Source: Acanthaster planci
Taxonomy: Eukaryota
Direction of reading: 5' to 3'
Assembly: GCF_001949145.1 (NCBI RefSeq)
Contig: NW_019091362.1
Coordinates: 1,991,838-2,055,837, forward strand
Length of the DNA: 64,000 nucleotides
How positions within the stretch are numbered: the first letter of the stretch is position 1; each line of letters begins with the position of its first letter. The translations under genes and the position numbers were made by a program. Below are positions 11,001-23,000 of the stretch, one piece after another. A model generated the notes under the pieces. It was not told the origin of the DNA. It was given only the letters and a program-made list of their open reading frames with translations, and ran no database searches.

Positions 11001-14000
11001 TCCGGCAGCCCCACGAGCGACCAAGTAGCCCTCTTAAGGATCGCTCTACTCGCCTCCAGAGCAAGAGGACGGGGCTAGACAAGGTGCCCCAAACATGGCC
11101 TGCCTCATCTCAACCTGACCAGCGTACTGCAGCTGGAGGAATCCCTTCAACGCAGTCGAATAAGGAAAGTAAAGAAACCCAAAGTGGTTTCACTTACTCT
11201 TGGCACTTGGAACGTGCGAACCCTAGCCTAAAGGATAACGACAAGGCTAAAAGACCTGAAAGACGCACAGCACTCGTGACTAGAGAACTCGCCCGCAACA
11301 ACATTGACGTCACAGCTTTCAGCAAAACGCTTACCCAGTGAGGGACAGATCTCGGAACATGGTGCTTGTTATATATTTTTCTAGACAGTGGCCGCAGCAA
11401 AGAGGAACGGGGAGAGGCGGGAATTAGTTTTGCAATAAAATCTCACCGTGTGTCAAAGCTTGCCAGCTTGCCAAGGGGTAAAAGACCGTTTGATGACTCT
11501 CAAACTTCCTCTGGGCCAAAACAAGTCTGCAACAATCATCAATACATACGCACCAACAATGACTTATTCGGAAAAAGCCAAAGGCAAATTTTATGAAGAA
11601 CTCGATACCCTCATTTCAGCAGTTCCAAAGTCAGAGAAGTGATTTTAATGCTAAAATCGGCACGGACTGGCAAACTTGGAATGGTGTGACTGGTCCTCAT
11701 GGTGTGGTAACTGTAACAGTAAATGATATTCTGCTCCTAAATTTGTGCTCCATTCCTGACCTTTTCATAACTAATACTTGCTTCCGCCTGCCTACCCGCA
11801 GTAGACCTTCTTGGATGCACTCTCAATCTAAACACTGGCATCTGATCGACCGTGTCATCACGAGGAGAAGGGACAGACAGAATACAAAGATCACCAAAGC
11901 CATGTGTGGTGCTGACTGCTGCACAGACCAGCGGCTGATCGTATCCAAATCAAGCTCCACATCGTGCCAAACCGGTGACCTCATGTTAAGAAGACCCACA
12001 AAAAGCTAAATGTGTCCAAACTCGTGCTGCTTGAGGTTACGATGGGCCTTGCCAGTGACCTGGAGAGTAAACTTGAAGACCTTCATTTAGGAAGTCTCCT
12101 GACGGAGGATGACTGGTCTGCATCCAAGGAGGCGGTGTCCTCAACCGCCCTAAAGTGCCATGGTTCTGTAAAGCGGATGTTACAATCTGAAAAAAACTCA
12201 AGTCTATTCAATTATTAACCTTGAATTTTATCCAATGCAACAAAGAAGTCAAACAAGATCACTCTGATATGGGGAACCAATAAATAATTATACTTTAATG
12301 AGAATTTACACTTAACATGTTAAAGAAAATGATAATAGAAGAAAATGTTGAATGGAACTACAATGATAAGGATAAAGAATCAAGAAAATATCTTATATAA
12401 GAAGATGATCTTACGGGCAAGAGCTTAGCAGGCACTACGGCGAACAATGCTGGACTCCACAGATGGCGAACATCAGTTCTATTCCTTGACGGTGCAAAGA
12501 CGAGCTGCAACGGGGACAAAGATCACGTCGAATAAGAATGACCGGGCTCGAGACGAAACGGCGAGGGTGTGATGACCGTGGCAAATACGGGTTTGATGCT
12601 CCCACAAACTTTTCATTATGTTTCTTGAAATAGATTTTTTAGAATTACTTAACCTTACAAGAAACCTCCAGACTATAGACAACTGGAATTATCGTAAGCT
12701 TACAAGAAATCGCCGGAGGGTACCACCAGAATATCCTAGACTACAGTTAGGTCATTCACCGTGGCCTGGGTCAACGCGGGTCACACATGGAATCGTGTGT
12801 GGTACCATTACATAATCTGCAACACGTATAGAGACTATGTGTGTATACATGTACATAACACGGAAAAACCAAGACTGGTTTGACGGGAATGATGAGTAAA
12901 TCTTGAATCTCCTTGCTGAAAAGCACCGCATTTACAGAATTGCTATAGGCCTAAATGACCCCACATCAGCCACTAAGACGGCAGCCTACACCAGCATCCG
13001 CAGGGAATTCCAGGCCAAGCTCTGCAAGATGTAGGATGACTGGATCAGCAGTAAATCTGAGGAAATTCAGGTCTATGTGGACAGTAAAGACTCTAAGCGC
13101 TTCTATAATGCCATAAAAGCTCTCCATGGACCGCAGTCCTCCGCCCCTGTCCCCTTCTCAGTGCAGGCGCGTCAACTCTGATGAATGATAAACTTCAAGA
13201 TTTTGGATCGTTTTTGCTGTTTTGAATAGAATCGACTGTCCCCCATCAACGACGAATCTATCCAATGCCTTCCACAGACCCCAGTAAAGCTGAAGCTGGA
13301 TGCTTCAACCACCTTTGATGAGACTCTGGAATCCAAATGACCAAAGGAAAGGCACCAGGCATTGATGCAATGCCCCTAAAAAAATACACGTCAGGAGGCC
13401 CACCTTCCAATCCATGTGGGCATAGGGTGTTATAACACAAGACTCTAAGGATGCCTCTTTTGTACAAAGAAAAGGAAACTGCAAGTCCTGTGACAACCAC
13501 AGAGGGATATCTCTCCTGTCCATAGCCGCAAAGATCCATGCCAGAGTCCTTCTCAACCGCCTCACCCTGCATCTCGAACAGGATTACCTCCCCAAAAGCC
13601 AATGTGGCTTCTGCTCTGGCAGAGGCACAGTGGTCATGATCTTTGCAGCAAGGCAACTCTAGAAGTGCCAGAACAGAACGGGGACCTGTATATCACCTTC
13701 GTTGATCTCACTAGGCCTTTGATTTAGTAAGTAGAGAAGGCTTGCGGAAAATCATGGCCAATTTAAAACTTCCAGAACACTTCATCAACATGATACACTA
13801 GTTTCATAACAGAATAACAGCCCGTGTGCAGGATGACGGTGAAACCTAAGATGCCTTCCCCGTGACAAACAGTGTAAAGCAGGGCTGTGTTTCAGCACTG
13901 ACACTCTTCAGTATTATGTTCTCTGCTATGCTCACTGACGCCTTCTATGACAGCAAGGAAGGAATAGCCATCCGGTACAGGGCTGACAGGAAGCTCTTTA

Positions 14001-17000
14001 ATTTGCGCCGACTGCATGCAGTGAGAAAGGTCAAAGAGACAGTCATAAGGGACTTCCTCTTCGCTGACAACTGTGCTTTAATGCCACTAGTGGGAAGTCA
14101 ATGTATGCAAGCTATTACTGATAGGCTTTCCAAGTCATGGGACAACTTCGGCCTGATCATAAATATTATGAAACCTGAAGTTACGTGCTAACCCCGCCCT
14201 GGTAAGCCCCACCAGAAACCCAACATCACAGTTAAAGGTACTGGTCTTAATAATATGCATGTGTTCACATATTTAGGCAATACTCTGTCACATGAGGCGA
14301 ATATTGACGAAGAAGTCGAAAGCAGAATCGCCAAGGCCAGCAGTACCTTTGGGAGGCTTCAAAAAGCTATCTGGGAGCGATGGGGTGTCAGGCTTAGTAC
14401 CAATCTCAAAGTTTACCAAGCTGTAGTTATCACTGCACTTCTTTACACATGCCTAGCCGGCAGCTGAACCATTTTCGTACTGCCTGTCTCTGTAGGCTGA
14501 TGAGAATTAGATGGCAGGATCACATACCCGATACGGAGGTCCTTGCCCGTGCCAGTATGCTTAATAAAATACCCTCATTGAGACCATGACTTCAAACTTG
14601 CTGATTGATAGAGTGTCTTCAGAGATGGCTGATGAGTCCAATCTGTGCGTGGAACTGTCTGCCAAAGATTGTACACATTACTTCTTCAGACCAATATTAT
14701 CTCTCGTTCGCTTAGGCTCGTACAGTTTCAACCTTTGAGGATGAATTTCACCTTCATTATTAGGCACGTTCGCACGAACACTTTTTTTTTTAGTGACAAT
14801 CGGTTGTCCCTGGTATAGTATGGAAGAAAGACAGAACTCACGACGATAAGGTATGTTTTGCTCCTTGTTCGGGAATCGTATGTTGATACCATAATGAGCT
14901 TGAATTTTTGAAGAAGTGTTTAATGCCAGATTCTTCGTAAATACCTTGCTTTTAGTTACATACATTTCCTCTTGAGACCACTATCATCTCTCGTTCACTA
15001 AGGCTTAAAGTTTCAACCACTGAGGATGAATTGTACCTATATTAGTGGGCACGTTAGCACGAACACTGTTTGTCTACTCACAATCGGTTGTCCCTGGCAT
15101 AGTATGCACGTAATACTTCCTGGGTACGAGGACAATAGTCCAGAGGTCGACATATTACCGTTGCGCTTACTCTCCGACTTCTGTCGGTGGGGATTAATTT
15201 GTGATATCAATATGACTGTTTCGAATAATTGTCACCACTTTACCCTCTGCCACCTGCTATAAACCCACCCACATACGAATTTATCCGGACGACTCTTGAA
15301 CAGGCAGGTGAAATGGATTCGCAGGTGATACAGGAGTAGATCTCGGATTGAGAGTTAACGCCCCCACGCTTTGGCACCGGAAACATGTATTCAAACTGAA
15401 AGAACAACAGTAAACTAAAAGAAATGTTAAAAAATCTGACAGGTCTGATCCCTCCCCCATCCTCTCCTGTAATACGACGAATAACAGACTTTTCGTTCCC
15501 ATTCAGGTGCAACCGGCAGACTCGCTACAAATGACGTAAAATACAAACTAAGAGGTTGTCTATTGTATTTCCTATTGTAAGGAAATATGGATTGGGCTGT
15601 CAACAGGCAAAACCAACTTAAAGAATCCCTTTTTGGAATGCCCATGTACTGCAGTACAGTGTAGACAAAAAATCTTGTAATCAGCTGCAAGATCGAATCA
15701 ACAGTGATGAAATGTGAGAACTGCAGCACTGAAAGTTTAATCACACTTTAACAGTATTACATGCGATTCACAATAGTGCGCCTCCTCGAGTTTGCAACGC
15801 GTTTGGCCAATCACAACGCGCGAAATCTGTTGACCCTTTCCAAACGCGCATTTGGTCGACAGATTTCGCGCACTGTGATTGGCCAACGCGTTGCAAACTC
15901 TTGGTGGTGCCATTGTTGAACGGCCGTATTAAAGAGTTTCGTTATGTTGAGTAATCCTTGAGGATAGCAAACTGTATGTACTTTGCATAATACCTCACAC
16001 GTGGCTTTTTTGAACTTCTGTACAGGTTCTCAAATAGTTTCAACGGCGTTTAGCATTGTCGGTAAGCCAACAGAGCAAAGCACAACCCTCAACCCAAGAT
16101 TTAAAGCGGATAAGGCAGTGGACGGTAGCCCCTCAGCTCGCCTGTTACCTGATAACACCTGCACACACACCGGTAAGACGATTCCTTCCGCTCTCTCCTT
16201 CGAGAGCAGTATGAAGCAATTTCTGTGTAGTTTCTTTGTCGAAACGACCAATTAAGATTATGTCTTTGGTTGGAAATTGCCTACGACAGTAATAAATCGC
16301 TCAATATTTCTTGTTAGTTCCTCCAATCTCTTCATTAGGAAACCCCATTTTTTGTTTTGATTTTAGCCATATTGCATTCAGACTTACTTTATTCAAAAGT
16401 TGTTTTTCCTGGGATTCACTGGGTGGGTTTTAAACCACCTGGTAAATTGTAGACCACTGGGCCTTACCAGGTACCAGCCAAGTTGCTGAAGTATGGCGGG
16501 TTTACCCTCGCAGCTGAGCTCCATAGCCTTCTGAATGCCTTTGGAGCCGTGCCACAGTCCTGGAAGGGTGCCAATATTGCTGACATCTATAAGCGAAAGG
16601 GCGTATGCGGAAACAGTCGTGTCGTATCGCTGTTATCCACTGCTGGAAATGTCTTAGCCTGAGTCATGTTGGACCGTTTGCTTTCCGAATTAAGAAGTGG
16701 ACAATGTCTTTCCCGAGTCTCAGTGTGGCCTTTGTCGCGAGCGCTGGACTGAAGACATGATCTTTGTCATGCGCCAAATACAGGAAAAATGCGGGGACCA
16801 GCACTGCGACCTGTGCGCCGCCTTTATCGTTCTGAAAAAAAAGGCATTCGATACGCTTGACCTCGAGTTGCTGTGGGCGTTATTCACAAGATCGGCTGTC
16901 CTCTAAGGTTCACTGCCTGCTGAACGCTTTCCACGCCGACATGGCTGCCCGAGTACATTATTCCGGAAAGGTGTCAGCGTCGTTCCTTATTTCTATGGGC

Positions 17001-20000
17001 GTGAAACAGGGCTGTGGACTTGCTCCAGTCTTATTTAATCCATTCCTGGCCTTAGTGATGCGCGTGCTCTACTTTCACCGTGTGGGAGCAGGAGCTAAAA
17101 ATAGCAACACCTTTGTTTACCTCGGTATGGAGCTATCTGATAATCTTGATCTCGGTGTGAAAATCCAACGAAGAAACTGTCGTGCTGCGTCAGCGTCAGC
17201 GTTTGTTAATCTCTCCCGTCGAGTCTCTCCCGCTGACCTTCGGTGCGAAAACGGCGGTCTTCAGTGTCGTTGGCGTGTCCATCCTCTTGTACGGCTGTGG
17301 GCCTGGACTCCGTACCGATTGCAAATCTGAACCCTGCAGGCGTACTACAACAGCTGCCTAGCTGCATCTTGGGAGAGCAATGGTGGCATGCCCCCACTGG
17401 ACCACTGGAAGTTCTGCTGCTTCGCCGTCAGCTGCGATGGGTTGGCCACATACCTCGCCAAAAAAAACAAAAACAACATTTTTTTCAAACTTGAAAACCT
17501 CTATGTAGGCCTGAAATTTGGAAATCTCTTATTCTTTTTGGATTATAAGTTTGATAAGAAGTGATAACACTGAAATAGAGATAACACCGAGTTTAGCTCA
17601 GAAAGTCCACCGCGTCTGTTTTAGAAAGTCAAAAAGGCTGGACCAAAACCAATTTTGTAATGAAAGAGTTGTGTTCTGCTTATGATTTCTCGAACTCCCT
17701 TTCTTCTTGCTCACTCAGAGGCGGATAAGCCAAATCCATGGTGGAGAGTGGACCTCGGAGAAGAGCACTGCATCAGCAAAATACGAATTCTGAACCGGGG
17801 AGATTGCTGCAGTAAGTCTTGAGCATCCAACGAATAAACAAGAATTAAAACACACATGTCATCTCTCCATTGATATCAAAAACCTAAGATATGGAAACGC
17901 TGTCAGTATTGGATTCCTCCTCAATCAAATTAGGTGGTCCAACAAACCAAAATCACATTTTCTTCCATATTGAATGAAAATGGACAGATCCAAATCCAAA
18001 TTTCCTTGGGGCATAAAAATTGGCCTTTGGGAGGTCAAAATGTTTCATTTAATCTATTTGGCACTTTTGAGGGGTAAAGCCACTTTAATTAGGGCATTTT
18101 TGCGATCATTTTGAAAGAAAAGATATGAAATAGGTCAAAAATTGACCCTCCTTTTTGGGGGGATCCATGGACCCTGTTGCCCCCTAGAATCTGCTCTTGA
18201 GGGTTTGGCCTCGTACAGCTTCATTACCTCCAATAGAAATTCCTCTAAATGAAAGCCATTTCATGTCTTTATGATATGTAAGGGTATTTTCCTCAATCTG
18301 ACCTAATTTTGTAATACAGGCGAACGTTTGAAGGGCGCAGTTGTTCGCGCTGGTGACAGCACAACAATCACCGACAACCCAACTTGTGGGTCGCCCGTGA
18401 CTGCCAAGCAAGCCCAACCACTAGGCAGTACGATAGAGTTTACTTGTGAGCCAGCGTTCAGGGCGCGCTACGTTAGCGTGGATATCCCCGGCAGAGCCAC
18501 CCTGCAACTATGTGAAGTCACTGTGGAGGAGATACACCTTAGTCAGTGCCCAGGTGAGTACTAGCTGGGAACGGTATCGTAGTTCTTTTCAGACTTACTT
18601 TGGCTAACTGGAGGATACCACTTCGTAAAGCTAGTTCTCAGGCAAAGATAACTTTGATTTATTCCGAATATGTCCGTGACACTAAACGCAAAGCTCCCTG
18701 ACACTCCACATTAGTATTCAATGCCAGAAAAAGGCGACCAAGTCGTGAAGCCTAATTGTAGCAACTAGCCATGACGACCCCTGTTGTCATATTTGTAACG
18801 ATCAGCTGTCGTCTTTCGTTTGACTCGGTCGATTCCGAAATCCCAGGGCTTAATAACAATACTGACAAGTCAAGTTTTGCAGAAAAACCTTTCTGTTGAC
18901 CGGTTTCCAGTTCGACCAGCATTTTACAACTATTCAAAACGCAAAGGAATGTAGAAAGTAGTAACTTGCAAGAGTCTTGTCCACGAGAATTATTTCCGGT
19001 ATTTGGGGATGGGCTGTTATTAATGGTTCAGCATTGGTATGAAGGGGAAGGTTGCTATGTTGTCATCGTTGTCACTGTGTGTGGGTGAATTTTTTTTCAT
19101 AACCCTAATTCGACATTTGTTAAATGGCTTTTAAATGCTTTGCCATCGCCACCTGAAGGGAATCCACCTACCGAGGACGATAGTACAGTAACTTTCGCAG
19201 AGGTAGATGAAATAATGGTGTTGTAAACATGTGATATGACGAATGACAGACAGCCAAATGCAAAATGAAACGCGGTTATTGAATGCCTTTTCTTTTAGTA
19301 AGAAAGGTTTGTACAGTAAGTGACTCTCAGCAGGCAAACGAGCCCCTGAAGTTATGGTTGGCAAACGACATGTTTTCATTAACAACAAATCACACTTTTC
19401 TTTCAATTTGATATTAACAGATTCTAACGTGTCTTTTTTCAGCCTGTCCGGATACACAATGTAGTCTGAACTGTCCGGGAGGTTTTGAAAGGGACGCGAA
19501 CGGCTGCCAGATGTGTGATTGCGTAGGTAAGTACGACCACCGTTTCCAATGCAAACGAGAAAGAAATGCCAAACTCTTGTGTTGATGATAACGGGAGAAC
19601 TTGTCAGAGTAGAGTGGTTTGAACTCGAATCTTTCTTTCTCCAACCTCTTGGTTAACCGCTCCTTCTTACAATATGTTCCGTATCAATCTAGGATATAGG
19701 CATTCCTATATTTGTTGCACAAACGGTCTACACGTTAGTGGTAATTGCGATTCCCGTGATCACAATTTCCTTAATTACCCAGAGATCTCAGAAGACGACG
19801 AGGAAGAAGAACCTGATAAGGAAGGGAAAGTTTTTCAAACCGACGGAGGTAGCCACGAGCTCATCATCAGTCGTGAGGTTAACAGGAAGCTGGAACAGGA
19901 ATTTGTCATCGACCGCAACGACCCGTTAGAGTTCACGCTGTTATCGTCCAGTGGAAACATCAAAATAGGTAAGAATCTCGATATTCAGGAAAGGTTCGAG

Positions 20001-23000
20001 GCTAAAACACGTCACGTTTCCTCTGAGATTATCGAGTGGAGCTGCTGTTATAGTACCAAGTTTGATAGGTCGTCTTTCTTATTCTTTTTTTAATAGTTAC
20101 GTTGATAACACACTTGGAAGTCCAGAATGATAAGGGCATGAAACTGAATTCCGTCAAATTTCCAAATTGGTGTATGAGCCATAAGAAGCTGAAATTTGCC
20201 GTGGATTTCATCACAACCGGCTTCAAGCTCCTGATTATAACATCATCCGGAGAGGAGAGATTACTGACTAAGTATATAAAAAAGAGCAACGAGAAGTTCA
20301 CCTGCGAATCTCTGAAACTGAAAGCCCAGAAAAAGAAGAGGTGCAAAGTGGAATACAAACCAAGGAGAAGATGTCGAGGTAAGAGGCTAATTGTCCTGAC
20401 GGGTTTCAGGCTGTATAATACCCACTCTGCAAATACGGGCCTTTCACAATGGAGTGCCTCCAAGAGTTTGCAGCGCGTTGGCTAATCACAATGCGCGAAA
20501 ATCTGTCCACCTAATGCGCAATTTGAAAGGGTCGGCAGATTTCGCGCGCTGTGATTGGCCAATGCGTTGCAAACTTTTGGAAGCTCACTATTGTGAAACG
20601 CCCGCTTTATGTTTTGACTGCAAAATGGCTTTATTTCAATATTTACAGGGGTGATGGGTGTTTCAATTAGATTTCCCCAATCTTTAAAGTTCTGACTATT
20701 GAAGACATTTTTCCGACAAATAATTTGATCAAATTATTTCTTTTAAACCACTCGAATAACTATTAATAGGAAAGTACGGAAAGTATCTGAAGAAAAAGCA
20801 CGGTAAAAGACGAGGTAAGTTTTCCCACAAATGTTCTGTGAATTAATTTTGGTGCGAACATTGTGTTTAACACTGGTAGTTTCGTTTCGTTAATTCATTC
20901 ATTAATCTCAAACAATGTTGGCAATTGACGTCCTTCAATGGTTGTAAAGCCAATTCTCAAAACGTATTTTGACTTATTTCATTCGCGTTTAAGCACGATT
21001 TCTTATTCAACTTAAAGGAAGTCTCTCCTTGTCCAACCAGAAAGTCCTTCCATTGAAAAATTGGAAACATGGCTTGGGCAACAAGATCTGGGAATTAACT
21101 GTTAACAACTGATTTCTTCAAAGACGGGGGTTGGAATACGCACCCCACGGCTGTAAGATGGGTTAACATCAGGATTAAAACTACAGCCTTTGAAAATGCT
21201 TGGTTAACAATGATGGACATCAACACGCTTTACTCCAACATTTTTCTTGAACTTAATTATCCTGAACACTTTACTCTTTCCTTCTATTTAAACTTTCTTT
21301 TTATCAGTTAACAAGACGGAAATATAACCCAAAGAGAATGAACTTTCGTTTCATTTCCTGTTAGATGACATCAATCATATTAAGCAGAAAGGAAATAAAA
21401 CGTCGTAGACTTGGTTTTTCTCTCACTTATATAATTTTCTTGATTGCAAATTAAATTGAAGCAAACAATTTGAGTTTGTATATGAGTAAAGTGGAAACAC
21501 TGTTCCTATTTTATTGTAGAATAATTGAACATTTCTTGTTATCATTTAATAATTATAAAATGTAACCCGATAAAGAAGGAATGATTTTTTTAATTTTTGT
21601 GCTGTAAGATATGGATCATTTTCAGCATAAAGAAAACAAACGTGTAAGCCTCTGTTTTTCTCTCACTTATATAACTTTCTAACACATAACTTAATTCGGA
21701 GCAAAGAATTTGAATTTATACATGAGTAAAATAGGAGAACTGTTCCTATTCTATTTTCTATAACAGATATATGACATTTGGCAGTGCAAAGCCTATTTCA
21801 AATATAATTTATATTAACATGGAGTCCATTTTCTTCCTTATTTCATAGAATCCCATTTGAAGAAGAAGCACGGTAGCAGTGAGTATCACAGTTTAATCGA
21901 TCCTGTGAAAAAATGTTTTGATTCCAATTTCTGTTGCCAAATTAATTTTAAACGACAACTTTAGACACTAATTTCTCGCACGTTGGATCTTTTACCGCTA
22001 GTGCCAAATAATGATGACCTGATCTGATGATTATCTAGCTGAATCACATTAAATGACATTACAATATACCATGACCACCCTTCACCTTAGGAAACAATAC
22101 TGAAAACTTAATTCAATCATTTTTTAAAACAAACAAACAAACAAACAACCCAACACCCCAACAACCCCCAACAAACAAACAAACAAACAAACAAAACCAC
22201 GTTTGGTTTCATCATTACGAAGCTTAGCATTTCTGATAGAATATTGACAAAACTTGGTACATCGCAAAAAAACTCAAATTTCTGTACAACAATCGCGTCC
22301 TGGTGTATCATCAAATCCATGAAATATACATACAATTTGTCTCTATTTTGTAGGTAGTGGTATTTAATTCATAAATTCAAAGATTTTGAAAGGAAGAACC
22401 AGACAATATGTATTGTTTAATTTTGTAGGCTCCTCCTCTGGAAGGAAGAAACACCACAAGAAGAGTGAGTTGAATATATTTTTCGAGTAATCGGGTTTCA
22501 ATATTAAATAATTCAAATGAGTAACTCTATTCTTCTTTAATTTTACACACTACATAATTGCCCATATTTATATTAACCTCGTATTCGAAGGGGCGCTGTC
22601 TAAATATTTCCTACATAAATTGGATTTTCTACTCTCCCTAAAANNNNNNNNNNNNNNNNNNNNNNNNNNNNNNNNNNNNNNNNNNNNNNNNNNNNNNNNN
22701 NNNNNNNNNNNNNNNNNNNNNNNNNNNNNNNNNNNNNNNNNNNNNNNNNNNNNNNNNNNNNNNNNNNNNNNNNNNNNNNNNNNNNNNNNNNNNNNNNNNN
22801 NNNNNNNNNNNNNNNNNNNNNNNNNNNNNNNNNNNNNNNNNNNNNNNNNNNNNNNNNNNNNNNNNNNNNNNNNNNNNNNNNNNNNNNNNNNNNNNNNNNN
22901 NNNNNNNNNNNNNNNNNNNNNNNNNNNNNNNNNNNNNNNNNNNNNNNNNNNNNNNNNNNNNNNNNNNNNNNNNNNNNNNNNNNNNNNNNNNNNNNNNNNN

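Noticed and set aside
17796..17804. RGD tripeptide as integrin ligand
   Set aside because: It is the R-x-D of the F-type lectin sugar-binding motif
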